Assembly: GCA_910588015.1 (NCBI GenBank)
Contig: CAJUOK010000003.1
Coordinates: 79,742-143,741, forward strand
DNA length: 64,000 bases
Reading direction: 5' to 3'
DNA from: an uncultured Christensenellaceae bacterium
Lineage (GTDB): Bacteria; Bacillota; Clostridia; Christensenellales; UBA3700
Made by a program: the position numbers and the translations under genes. The notes below the pieces were generated by a model. It was not told the origin of the DNA. It saw only the letters and a list, made by a program, of their open reading frames with translations, and made no database searches. The stretch's first letter is position 1, and every line of letters begins with the position of its first letter. This document shows, piece after piece, positions 44,188-53,798 of this stretch.

Positions 44188-44204
44188 GCGACCCAGGTGG
44201 TCGC
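44188..44204. terminator. Bidirectional terminator between convergent genes
   Basis: GCGACC-CAGGT-GGTCGC with T-runs on both strands. Confidence 0.75.
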
Positions 44205-44292
44205 TTTCTTTTTCCTATTATGCGGCTATAAAGCAGTTGGAGAATTACGAAACCCACCATTGCTATAGTAGAATTTTAGGTTTACATTACAT

Positions 44293-44892
44293 TTAAAAAT
44301 ACTCAATTCTATAAATCATCTCTTTTATGGTTGGGAATACTACTTCTCTTTCTTCCCCACGAGCTATCCATATCTTTGATGCAAATTTGTTATTATAGAA
44401 TTCTTGAAAGCCTTCCAAATCAAACCCCACCATATTAGGTGGGATATTACAATATAATCTTGTCATACACCCATAAAGTTTGCTTTCAATATAAGAAATT
44501 TCTTTATTTTTACTCCAAGAAACGAAAATATCATTATAGATTGGCTCAATATGCTTTTTCTTTGTTGGACTTGGATAACCCAAATAACGATAAACCTTTC
44601 CATGATAAACTAAACTGCTTACCAAGTCCCGCTCGTCTTGTGTTGGACATATTTTTTCATCTTGTAGCAACGCAATCAAAGAACTTAATGATCGATAAAA
44701 ATCCTGGAAGATTGCCGTTTCAGCACTTGTTTTCTTATTCCCGACATAAGTATTTCCAACCCAATACTCCAAAAATCCTGCAATACCATCACATAAAATC
44801 TCAAAGAAATCGTTCCTAATAATTAACTTCTTCCTCTGCTCTATATAAGCCTTAACGGCGATTGTATACATTTGTAACGTGCTATAATCCAT
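44293..44892 (-). CDS. 199-aa protein with R / SxS / ExE motifs reminiscent of ADP-ribosyltransferases (tentative)
   Basis: YR102Y, S125-W-S127 and E181-R-E183, in the order and approximate spacing of R-S-E ARTs. Last gene of the six-gene operon. Confidence 0.3.
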   Translation of the reverse strand: MDYSTLQMYTIAVKAYIEQRKKLIIRNDFFEILCDGIAGFLEYWVGNTYVGNKKTSAETAIFQDFYRSLSSLIALLQDEKICPTQDERDLVSSLVYHGKVYRYLGYPSPTKKKHIEPIYNDIFVSWSKNKEISYIESKLYGCMTRLYCNIPPNMVGFDLEGFQEFYNNKFASKIWIARGEEREVVFPTIKEMIYRIEYF

Positions 44893-44919
44893 ATTTTTTA
44901 GCTGACCACTCGCTTTTAA

Positions 44920-47700
44920 TTAAAACCCTATTCTCCGGGGTCTACCATTCGAAGGCGGAGAATTGATTTCCTCAGTGTGCTGACAAGTCGGGTAATTCGA
45001 GCATCCATAGAACTTGCCGAATCTGCCACTGCGCTCAACCATAAAACCACCGCATACACGGCACTTTCTAGGATTTTCAAGAACTGCCGTATCATTGACT
45101 GTATAATCGCACTGCGGATAGTTGGAACAGCCTAGGAAGTATCTATTCCTTTCCTCGTTCTTACGAACCACAAGTCGACCCGTTTTACACCTAGGGCAAT
45201 CCACCACTGTTGTTATTTTCGAACACTCTCCTATCTCAATAGTAATGTTCGGATTATTCTTCAAATCCTCGAAAAAGACGGAAGGTTTATTGTTGTCCGT
45301 TAACACTATAAACCGATTCTTTGTTCGAGTCATAGCAACATAGAAAAGCCTGCGTTCCTCGCCAAATAAATAATTATCGGCATTACTCAAAACTAGTTCG
45401 AGCATTGGGTCATCGGAGATTTTGTTGGGGAAGCCAAGCGTAGAGTTCTGGAAATTCAGCAATATGACATTGTCTGCTTCCAGTCCCTTTGCCCTATGAA
45501 CAGTCAAGAACGATATCGGTGTATTTGGTGATTTCTTGTAAACATAGCGTTCTGATGCCTTACTCCTACGCTCATAAAACAAACCAGACGCATCAAGCAT
45601 TTCCGAATCATATGCGGTTCGTCCAAGCAAAAGAATGGACTGCCCTTCATAGTTTTTTACGAGTTCGGTTATAGCTTTATCCAAAGCTCTAAAGGGATTA
45701 TCATCGTACATCCAAAAAGTGATGGGATGGTTTAAGTGCTTAGATGATACTAGGTTCTTCTGCATTTGGCGTGGATTCATTTGAATAAATGCTCCCGCCA
45801 CATTTATTAGTTCCTGCGAATTACGATATGTACGCTCGAGCTTCATTATCGATGTTTTGCCACTGTAATATTTGTTGAAGTCTGTAAACAAGGAAATGTC
45901 GCTTCCTGCAAATCTATAAATAGACTGCCAGTCATCACCTACACACAGTAGTTTGGCATGTGTTTGGTCTAGGATTGCCTTCACCAACTTATAACGAGCG
46001 ACAGAAATATCTTGATATTCGTCTATGATGACATACTTGTACGGTGCAACCTTAAACCCAGTCCGTATAGCTTCTGCTGCCATATTAATCATATCCGAAA
46101 AGTCAATCATATGATTTTCTTCAAGATACCTGTCGTAGGCTTCAAGCAAAGGTTTTATAAGCAACACAAACAGCGCAATGCGCCTTTGAAAGTACGAGTT
46201 CAAATACCGCGATTTCTTTTCCCTTAATTTTTCCAATTCCGCTATGCGATATGCGTTGGATTTAAATAAAGCCAAAAACGTGCCGCAGAGCTTCTTAAAC
46301 TCTGAAAAGTAAGCATCTGATTGCGTTTTATAGATTGAGTCGAAAACCTCACGATAGTCCACCTCTTTCAGCTTGACTCCGTTCTGTCGCAACAACGCTT
46401 CCAACTTTTCTAAAAGCACACCTTGGCTTGAATAGTACGAATAGGTCTCTATAAGTTTTGTGCCATTTATGCGGTGTTGTTGCCGTTTCCAAGCCATACC
46501 TTCGAGGTACTTCTTCTCTTCTATGTCGGAAAGCCACGGGAGCTTGCCGTTTTTATTTACGCCGAAATGCTCGATGAAAATATCGTAATCCGGCAAATAA
46601 AAGTCTGGTCTATATACCTTGAAATTCGCATCGTTGGTTTGGTAGGGATATTTTGACTCGTACTCGTACCGCACCCCGTTAAGGAATAGAAAGTTTGCAA
46701 TGCTCACTTCCTCAAGGCTCTTTACTCTCTCACCGCGGAGCGTATGCTTCGACTCACGGTTCTCCGCCACTGAAGAATCGACAAGCTGCGTTCTATCGAA
46801 CTTGGACTTTATGGTTTCAAAGTCCATTCCCTTCTCGTAAGCATAGGCTTCGCCCAAAGAGTCGAAGTTGTCCATATTTGCAGGGATATGTAGATAGTAC
46901 GCAAAATACTCAAGAAGCAGTTTGATGGTTTCAGGCTGCTTCAACAGTTCCTTTTCAAAATACTGGTTCACAAACTTCGAGGTATCTTCCAACACATCCA
47001 GGCTTTCGTTCCTCGCCTTTTTAAGCGTGTCCAAACCGAGCTTATGGAAGGTTGTTGCTGTGATAGGAATACCGAGTCTGTTAGATATACGCTCGGTCAT
47101 TTCATCGGCTGATTTCCTAGTAAACGCAATCAGCAGAATTTCGCCAGGAGCGACCTTTTTTACTTCGCAAAGGTATTTGACCTTCCCCGAAATCGTGAGC
47201 GTTTTACCGCTTCCTGCGCCCGCCAGAACGAGCGTATTGTCCTCGGCGGAAACTACCACATCTTGCTGCTGCGAATCTAGGCTTTTTCCATCGATATTCG
47301 CAAGTAAAACGAACTGTCTTTTTTTCTCCGCAGCAACGAACTCTGCGTTCCATTTGGAGAAGATATTATTAAGGTTTCCGTATGTTTGCTTGAAGCTATT
47401 AACGAGCCGATTAGTTTCCGTTTCTGCGTAATAATGCAGTTGCTTGAACTCTTGGTAGGTCGGCTTCCATTCTTCTTGAATCGCCTTTATCTGCGAACCG
47501 CAAACATACCCCTGGACTTTTAAACTTTGGATGGCAGCAGAAAAAGCACCGCAGATGCCTTGAATCCTTTCCAAGTGTTCTGCCGCGATAGCAATTTGGA
47601 GAGCCTTTAGCTTCTTGGCTTTTACGGCTCTCCAAATCAACACAGCAATAACAACTAGTGCTACTGCTCCTATTCCTAACCCAATGTAGAGACCTATCAT
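44920..47700 (-). CDS. Membrane-anchored UvrD/helicase-IV-like SF1 helicase with an internal nuclease-fold-like insert and two C-terminal topoisomerase-type zinc ribbons
   Basis: N-terminal TM IGLYIGLGIGAVALVVIAVLIW; AGAGSGKT; VIIDEYQD; VHRAKGLEA; YVAMTRTK. Insert YRPDFYLPDYDIFIEHFG. CPRC...GCSNYPQC and CRVC...GCSNYPTC. Confidence 0.75.
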   Translation of the reverse strand: MIGLYIGLGIGAVALVVIAVLIWRAVKAKKLKALQIAIAAEHLERIQGICGAFSAAIQSLKVQGYVCGSQIKAIQEEWKPTYQEFKQLHYYAETETNRLVNSFKQTYGNLNNIFSKWNAEFVAAEKKRQFVLLANIDGKSLDSQQQDVVVSAEDNTLVLAGAGSGKTLTISGKVKYLCEVKKVAPGEILLIAFTRKSADEMTERISNRLGIPITATTFHKLGLDTLKKARNESLDVLEDTSKFVNQYFEKELLKQPETIKLLLEYFAYYLHIPANMDNFDSLGEAYAYEKGMDFETIKSKFDRTQLVDSSVAENRESKHTLRGERVKSLEEVSIANFLFLNGVRYEYESKYPYQTNDANFKVYRPDFYLPDYDIFIEHFGVNKNGKLPWLSDIEEKKYLEGMAWKRQQHRINGTKLIETYSYYSSQGVLLEKLEALLRQNGVKLKEVDYREVFDSIYKTQSDAYFSEFKKLCGTFLALFKSNAYRIAELEKLREKKSRYLNSYFQRRIALFVLLIKPLLEAYDRYLEENHMIDFSDMINMAAEAIRTGFKVAPYKYVIIDEYQDISVARYKLVKAILDQTHAKLLCVGDDWQSIYRFAGSDISLFTDFNKYYSGKTSIMKLERTYRNSQELINVAGAFIQMNPRQMQKNLVSSKHLNHPITFWMYDDNPFRALDKAITELVKNYEGQSILLLGRTAYDSEMLDASGLFYERRSKASERYVYKKSPNTPISFLTVHRAKGLEADNVILLNFQNSTLGFPNKISDDPMLELVLSNADNYLFGEERRLFYVAMTRTKNRFIVLTDNNKPSVFFEDLKNNPNITIEIGECSKITTVVDCPRCKTGRLVVRKNEERNRYFLGCSNYPQCDYTVNDTAVLENPRKCRVCGGFMVERSGRFGKFYGCSNYPTCQHTEEINSPPSNGRPRRIGF

Positions 47701-47710
47701 TTAACTCCTA

Positions 47711-49096
47711 TTACTCAAAAATCTGTTTTATGGCTTTACGCAAGTTTTCAGCAGTTTTATTAGAATCATCTTCAAATATAAACGGAAGCCTTACAAGGTA
47801 AAGCTGAATTTTGGAATGTCCATCCCCCATATGCACTTTACCCGTAACTGGATGTGGCTCAATGTCTTCATATCTAAACATAGGATACAGCAAATAGACT
47901 TTTTTTAACCCACGTTTTTCTGCATATGTCAACACTTGATAAATATCAGCCGTAGAAACTTTGGTGCTTATTATCGTATCAAAATTGCTATTGCCCTCAA
48001 ATCTATCAAGCATTTTGTATTTTGTATCAAGAACGAAGACACCTTTTTCCTTATGTTCTACCAGAATGTCGTGTCGCATCGTCAGTGCTTTTCCGTAGGA
48101 TTGCCCTGCATACTCTACTTCTTCGAACACAGACATCTCGCTTGCTTGCAATGTAACTTTAGCTTCGCCGTGAAGAACGTGGTGCATAAAGCCACCAATA
48201 AAGCCTTCAAACAATATTTCCGTAGGAAACATAAAGCAAAATGACTCGTTGTTGTCGACATTGTAAGATGAAGTTTTATTCAGCAAAAACATCTTACTCA
48301 TACTCAAAATAATCGAGTAATGCCTATGAAGACGGCTCAAGCGCACAGTATCGCAATCGTGCGGTGTACACCTAATATCCGAGACATCGTTCAACTTCAT
48401 CAAAATGTGACGGACTGCCTTTTGATTTTTTGGTGAGAGGTTTTCACTCATTAAACCTTTACAAGTGTACTTGATAATTCGGTTTAATACGTTGTCAAAT
48501 TCGAAATTTGAGTATGTACATTGGAACTTGTCCAGTTGCCCGTTGGGATACTTCCGCGTGAAGTAATCCTTGAAATCAACTTTACCTTTAATCGCAGAAC
48601 AGTCTTCTGTCTGTTCTTCATATCGGTAAAATAAGCCACGGTCTAATGCGTTCTTAACATACCGCACATAAAGCGTTATAAACAGCTCACGGAGGTCATT
48701 ACAATCCTCGAATTCGCTGTCAATGCTTATGTATGGATAATCCATTTTCCCACAGTACTCAATCCATCTTACTAAATTTTTCATAAGGTGATGGAGGTCT
48801 AATTCATCTCTTTCGTTGTCTCCACTGTCCGTTCGAAAGACTTTTGGAAAAATGTTAAGCTGTTGTCCTTTGAATACTATCGTACCGATATAGTTGTTGG
48901 TTCTAATGCCCCTTGCACCCTTCATTTCAAGGAACTGCTGCGAACTCGTTACTTGACCATCATCATAGAACACCGAACGTTGCTCCCAGTTAAGTTGCAA
49001 AAAGGTAGCCAACTCATCAAGTGATGCTTGGCTTCGCCACTCTGCCGGGAGCTTTGAAAGTCCTATTAGTGATTCTTCAAAGTAATTGAGTATCAT
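47711..49096 (-). CDS. mcrC: McrC-like nuclease subunit
   Basis: ATG at 49096 (a TTG one codon upstream is possible). The N-terminus is typical of McrC. C-terminal PD-(D/E)xK-like VFVLDTKYK. Confidence 0.75.
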   Translation of the reverse strand: MILNYFEESLIGLSKLPAEWRSQASLDELATFLQLNWEQRSVFYDDGQVTSSQQFLEMKGARGIRTNNYIGTIVFKGQQLNIFPKVFRTDSGDNERDELDLHHLMKNLVRWIEYCGKMDYPYISIDSEFEDCNDLRELFITLYVRYVKNALDRGLFYRYEEQTEDCSAIKGKVDFKDYFTRKYPNGQLDKFQCTYSNFEFDNVLNRIIKYTCKGLMSENLSPKNQKAVRHILMKLNDVSDIRCTPHDCDTVRLSRLHRHYSIILSMSKMFLLNKTSSYNVDNNESFCFMFPTEILFEGFIGGFMHHVLHGEAKVTLQASEMSVFEEVEYAGQSYGKALTMRHDILVEHKEKGVFVLDTKYKMLDRFEGNSNFDTIISTKVSTADIYQVLTYAEKRGLKKVYLLYPMFRYEDIEPHPVTGKVHMGDGHSKIQLYLVRLPFIFEDDSNKTAENLRKAIKQIFE

Positions 49097-49108
49097 CAAT
49101 TCTTACCA

Positions 49109-51643
49109 TTAACCTTTTTTAACAAGTTTCATTCTGCCAACTGTATTGTCCGCAATATCGAAGTCGTACCCTTCCACCGCTTTTTTAATTTGCTCTTTTA
49201 CCTTCTTTGCATTGTCATAGAAATACTCATAAAGCAAAGGTATGATTGCATTGTTCATTATTTCGCATAAATCATCCTTTGTCTTTCCAATAAAGTATGC
49301 ATGTCCTATAAGCAAATCTGTGCTATCCAAGGCTTCTACCAAACCTTTATTCAGCCTTTCCAATACTGTTTTTAAAGTCGTATCTGCCACGGTTGAATAA
49401 TCGGGTGTAATTTCTATGAATTGGAACCGCCTTCTCAACGCAGCATCTATCAAAGAAATTGACTTGTCTGCGCTATTCATCGTTCCTATAATGTAAAGGT
49501 TGTTGGGAACAGCAAACGACTCACCCGAAGGAAGCGTAACACTTATTGCGTTGACTTCGCCCCATCTTTTGTCATCTTCTATGAGCGTGATTAATTCACC
49601 GAAAACTTTAGAGATATTTGCCCTATTAATTTCGTCTATGATTATTACGTAGTCGTTTGTCTCATCCATCATAGCTTTATCTGCTATGCGTTTGAACACT
49701 CCGTCTATGGTTTTAAACTCCATTTTTTCAGACGAGGTATCGGGGCGCAAGCCTTGTATGAATTCCTCATATCCATAGCTTTGATGGAATGTCGTAAACA
49801 CAATTTGCCCAGTCTTTATCAACTCTTTATAACGGCTCATCAATGCCGCCCTTTCTTCCGCTGATTTTTGAGCTGTGTCTATCTCTCTATCCTCAATTAT
49901 TGCTAACGCATATTCAGCAGTCGAGTATGTTTTACCAGTGCCGGGCGCACCATACAGAATGCTATTCAACGGATGGGTTTTATTTGCCCTCGGCGCTCTA
50001 TCAATTAAGACATACTTCTCTTTACTATTCTCCTGCTCATCTAACTCAACTACTCTATTGTGGAGAATATCGAAAATAACGGACTTATATTCGTTTAACG
50101 AGAAAATAGAACGGGTCGCATAGAAGGCTTTATGCAAGTCGTGCGGAAGGTCTTGATATGCAACATCCTTCAGCCACTTCACATTTTTATTATGCGCATA
50201 GTCTGCATCTTGATTTGGAGTCTCCTGGGTAAAATAATATTCCGAAGTAATTTGACCTATATGCGCAGACTTTCCATCTCCAAAAACGACATAATCACCA
50301 ACTTTGAGCTTATCCAAAAAACTCCAAATTTGACTTACATCTTGTCCACGTCCACGGGTCGTTTTTTCGGGATACTTCTCATCATAAAGCACACCCAATT
50401 CTTCTTTGGATGCAATATGGCTTAAATCACCAAGGATACCCCACCCAATGCAGATATGCGGATTAGTTGGATTTAAAGCATCATTCAAATTGGTTATGTG
50501 CAACCCCATTACATTGTGTTCTAGGATTTCATAGAATTCATCACCTTTGGAGTTTGCACCCTCACCATTTTCAAAGACTGTATGGTTTGTATCGCTGAAC
50601 GGAACTCTAATCATATCTCCCTCCATAGCTTTTTCTTTATCGATTACTTGCGAAATATAGTCAAACATTAACTCGCCTAGTCGCTCATTATGCAAATAAA
50701 AATAGGCAGCAACCAAACGGTCAAGGGTAATAAACGGAGCAAAACACCCAAACGGAATATCGCTTACATATTCTTTTAAGGAGTTCTTCGGTGCTTCACT
50801 TATTCCAAAGCAATGATTATATAGTGTTTTAATCAGCGCAGTTGGCGTTGCTTTATAAACTTCAACCTTTGGAAAGATTTCAAACAATCCTTTCCGTATA
50901 TCACAGAGATAATTGTAAAAATCTGCGTTCTGCCGTGGAGAACCTCCCATAATAGGGGCTGCACTCATTCCCTTTCCGTTTTCAGCAATATAATTTATGA
51001 AATTGATGTGTTTCGGGATATACCTTAATATTGACTTCTTCTCACCAAACTGAAATATCGGTGTATCATTGAGACAGTTAAATAAGCTACTTAAATATAC
51101 CGCCCCACTTTCAATCTTAACCCGTGTCTTTGGAACTGTTGAGTCGACATCGTATATTCTTTCGCCAACCAGTCTAGTGACCAAATTATCCGTTAATTCA
51201 TCGTAACTTTCCAAAGGCGAAAGGTATTCATAGCATTCCGCACATGTGATAAACCTTTCGGATTCATCGATATTTAGCTTTGCCATTTTTGAAAAGACAA
51301 TAGATAAAAGCACTACAGGTTTAAGGTTTATTGCTTCATCCCTTGTTGTATTGCGTTTTGCAATTATCTCTAAAACAAATTCACTGTAATCGAAAAGTCC
51401 TAGTCTATACAGCAAAGCAGAATCACTCAATTGCCCATTGGGTCCAATGATACCGACATTGCGGGCAAAGGTTATCCTTGAACTCGCATTTCCGTCTAAT
51501 GGAAAAAAGGATTTGATTGCTGAACCGTCAACCTCTTTCCCAGACTTTTTAATTTTCGATACTACCCCGATAAATTCGTCCACAAAGTTTTTTGTTATGT
51601 AGAACCTATTGTCGAGATACCATGCATATTGGTAGTTTCGCAT
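49109..51643 (-). CDS. mcrB: McrB-like AAA+ GTPase subunit with a long (about 540 aa) N-terminal region of unknown specificity
   Basis: GAPGTGKT, IIIDEINRAN, GTMNSADKS and RRRF motifs in the C-terminal 300 aa. Confidence 0.8.
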   Translation of the reverse strand: MRNYQYAWYLDNRFYITKNFVDEFIGVVSKIKKSGKEVDGSAIKSFFPLDGNASSRITFARNVGIIGPNGQLSDSALLYRLGLFDYSEFVLEIIAKRNTTRDEAINLKPVVLLSIVFSKMAKLNIDESERFITCAECYEYLSPLESYDELTDNLVTRLVGERIYDVDSTVPKTRVKIESGAVYLSSLFNCLNDTPIFQFGEKKSILRYIPKHINFINYIAENGKGMSAAPIMGGSPRQNADFYNYLCDIRKGLFEIFPKVEVYKATPTALIKTLYNHCFGISEAPKNSLKEYVSDIPFGCFAPFITLDRLVAAYFYLHNERLGELMFDYISQVIDKEKAMEGDMIRVPFSDTNHTVFENGEGANSKGDEFYEILEHNVMGLHITNLNDALNPTNPHICIGWGILGDLSHIASKEELGVLYDEKYPEKTTRGRGQDVSQIWSFLDKLKVGDYVVFGDGKSAHIGQITSEYYFTQETPNQDADYAHNKNVKWLKDVAYQDLPHDLHKAFYATRSIFSLNEYKSVIFDILHNRVVELDEQENSKEKYVLIDRAPRANKTHPLNSILYGAPGTGKTYSTAEYALAIIEDREIDTAQKSAEERAALMSRYKELIKTGQIVFTTFHQSYGYEEFIQGLRPDTSSEKMEFKTIDGVFKRIADKAMMDETNDYVIIIDEINRANISKVFGELITLIEDDKRWGEVNAISVTLPSGESFAVPNNLYIIGTMNSADKSISLIDAALRRRFQFIEITPDYSTVADTTLKTVLERLNKGLVEALDSTDLLIGHAYFIGKTKDDLCEIMNNAIIPLLYEYFYDNAKKVKEQIKKAVEGYDFDIADNTVGRMKLVKKG

Positions 51644-51645
51644 TG

Positions 51646-52737
51646 TCAGTCTCCCAATTTTACATATTTCAAAATTTGCAAAATCAATGCCTTAAGTACA
51701 GGCACTGCGATTGAATTGCCCGACTGCCTATACATAATTCTGTCTTCATTGACAATTTTAAAGTCTTTAAATCCCATAAGCCTTAAGCACTCATCGGGTG
51801 TAAGTTTCCTTGCAACTGCATCCTCACCATTATACTTTCCAACATAAATATTAGGGTTTGTATAATGGGACGGCTTCGGCTTTTCAATTCTAAAATCTCC
51901 AGACCAGTTAATTTGCTGCACCGCCGTTTGACATCCAATAATGTCCCTATTTACTCTAGCTTTCCCTTGGTTACGTTCCCACTCCGTTACCCACTTGAAT
52001 CCTTTTTCAGGAAGATAATATTCATCGGGAACATCTGCATCCAAATAAGCAGTTGCTTTTTTCGACAGAGGTTTTCTTTCTGGAAATTCAAAGCTAGTTA
52101 TTCCTAACTCTTTTCTAATGCCAACCACAAATATCCTCTTGCGCATTTGCGGTAAATCATAATACTGTGCATCAAGTACCTTGTAAAAAATTTGATAGTT
52201 TAACGAATCGAAAACCTCACTGATAGTTTTCCATGTGCGACCAGAATCGTGACTCAACAAGCCTCTAACATTTTCGTAGATGAATACCTTTGGCTTTATT
52301 TCACTTACAAGCCTTGCGTATTCGTAAAACAATGTACCTCTCGTATCTTCCAACCCACGCTTTTTCCCATAGGTTGAAAAACTTTGACAAGGGCTGCCGC
52401 CAACGAATAAATCTACTTTACCCGCATAAGGAATACCGCTTAAAAACCGAACATCCTCGTACCAATTATCCTCGGTTATTTTATAGTTGGCGAAATAAGA
52501 CTTCTTTACGTAGTTGATTTTTCCCGTTTGGTCGTACAGTTCTTCTATAACCTGTTTTTGAGTTTTCCCAGTTTTCTTGCTTTCATTTTTGATAATGTCA
52601 AGCAACTCCTCTTGAGACTGCTTTAAATATCTCTCGCCGTTATCACACGCAAACACGATATTGTGTTCCAGTCCAAGCTGTTTGAATGCTTGTTCAACAG
52701 CCCCAATCCCACTAAAAGCCGTAGCTAATTTTATCAT
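51646..52737 (-). CDS. DNA (cytosine-5)-methyltransferase
   Basis: FSGIG, GGSPCQSFS, ENV and QMRKRIFVVG motifs; C-terminal RKLTPDECLRLMGF and GNSIAVP. Confidence 0.9.
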   Translation of the reverse strand: MIKLATAFSGIGAVEQAFKQLGLEHNIVFACDNGERYLKQSQEELLDIIKNESKKTGKTQKQVIEELYDQTGKINYVKKSYFANYKITEDNWYEDVRFLSGIPYAGKVDLFVGGSPCQSFSTYGKKRGLEDTRGTLFYEYARLVSEIKPKVFIYENVRGLLSHDSGRTWKTISEVFDSLNYQIFYKVLDAQYYDLPQMRKRIFVVGIRKELGITSFEFPERKPLSKKATAYLDADVPDEYYLPEKGFKWVTEWERNQGKARVNRDIIGCQTAVQQINWSGDFRIEKPKPSHYTNPNIYVGKYNGEDAVARKLTPDECLRLMGFKDFKIVNEDRIMYRQSGNSIAVPVLKALILQILKYVKLGD

Positions 52738-52931
52738 TTCGTCTCCTCAAATTCAATACCTTTTTCTCGACAGAAGGCTTCGAACTTTTTTTCCGATATA
52801 AATTGTGGGTCTATACCTTGCGTTTCCCATCTTGCAACGGTAACTTGGGACACCCCTATTTCCTTGGCTAGCTTCTCTTGACTGAGGAACAGCTTCGCTC
52901 GAACTATCTTTACCTTATCAGCAAATGTCAT
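52734..52931 (-). CDS. XRE-type HTH protein (R-M controller-like)
   Basis: LSQEKLAKEIGVSQVTVARWE; ATGA overlap with the methyltransferase gene. Confidence 0.65.
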   Translation of the reverse strand: MTFADKVKIVRAKLFLSQEKLAKEIGVSQVTVARWETQGIDPQFISEKKFEAFCREKGIEFEETK

Positions 52932-52961
52932 TTAATATACCTCGATGTCATTGTATATCGT

Positions 52962-52990
52962 ATTATATCATTTTTTGAGTTAGGAGTCAA
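52962..52990 (-). promoter_or_regulatory. Promoter TTGACT-N17-TATAAT of the six-gene operon, followed by an ATATAC-N12-GTATAT inverted repeat
   Basis: Minus strand TTGACTcctaactcaaaaaatgaTATAAT. Confidence 0.75.
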
Positions 52991-53025
52991 CCGAAAGCTG
53001 AACGAAAAGGTTAGTGTGACTGCGA

Positions 53026-53451
53026 TTATTCACTCAAAAATCCGTAATCAAACTCCAAGAGGTAATCGTAAGGGAGAGCTTTTCGGATTTCATTATACAA
53101 GTCCACTAGGTCCTGGCTGTGTTCTTCCATCACAACGCCAATCGAAACTTCGTCTTCGGTTTTTATCGTGAGCCGGTCAGGTTCAGCATCGGCAACGAAA
53201 TCATCATAGCACTGCTTGATTTGTTCTATCACCTTTTCAGCATTAGAAATAAAGGCGTTGGCTTGCTCGGGTGTGATGCGGTATCGAATTTTTCGCATCG
53301 TCTTATACTCCCACATTTGTCCCGTTTTCAGACCATAGGTCGTAAACCACACCATTCCATTTGCCTTGATTGTAAGCCTCTGCCTTTCCTCTTTGTCAGG
53401 CTCAAATGGACGATACCCGCCCTTTGATTTTTCGATTACAAGCGTTGTCAT
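53026..53451 (-). CDS. Hypothetical protein (141 aa), fourth gene of the WYL operon
   Basis: ATGA overlap with the upstream gene; no recognisable motif. Confidence 0.5.
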   Translation of the reverse strand: MTTLVIEKSKGGYRPFEPDKEERQRLTIKANGMVWFTTYGLKTGQMWEYKTMRKIRYRITPEQANAFISNAEKVIEQIKQCYDDFVADAEPDRLTIKTEDEVSIGVVMEEHSQDLVDLYNEIRKALPYDYLLEFDYGFLSE

Positions 53452-53762
53452 TTTAGCTTAATGGTTATGGTTCTATCTTTCAAATATCCACCACCGTTCT
53501 TGTAGTCCTTAAGCGAAATCCAACCCTCAACCGGAACTTGTTCAAGCGGGTTCTTACTATCACGATAATAAGCCTGATTGTGTGGTGTAAGTTTTACTTC
53601 GACACTTTCAAAGCTATCCGTGGTAGCAAGTTTGAAAAGCTCATCCATTCCAACGGGGCCTTCGCCAGTGTACGGTTCATATTGCTTGTTCACTCCCAGA
53701 ACTTTCGATTCGAGCTTTACCGCAACTGGATGTTCAATGGGATTGTAAAATAATTTTTTCAA
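53448..53762 (-). CDS. Hypothetical protein (104 aa), third gene of the WYL operon
   Basis: TTG start with GGAGG at 9 nt. Confidence 0.5.
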   Translation of the reverse strand: MKKLFYNPIEHPVAVKLESKVLGVNKQYEPYTGEGPVGMDELFKLATTDSFESVEVKLTPHNQAYYRDSKNPLEQVPVEGWISLKDYKNGGGYLKDRTITIKLK

Positions 53763-53798
53763 TTTATAATTCCTCCGTATTTAGTTTATTTTCGAGAA

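Noticed and set aside
47711-51643. Calling the McrB/McrC-like pair a classical methylation-dependent type IV McrBC.
   Set aside because: The pair is translationally and transcriptionally coupled to a controller plus an m5C methyltransferase, and the same element encodes a multi-TRD m5C methyltransferase. A LlaJI-like reading fits better. This remains unproven.
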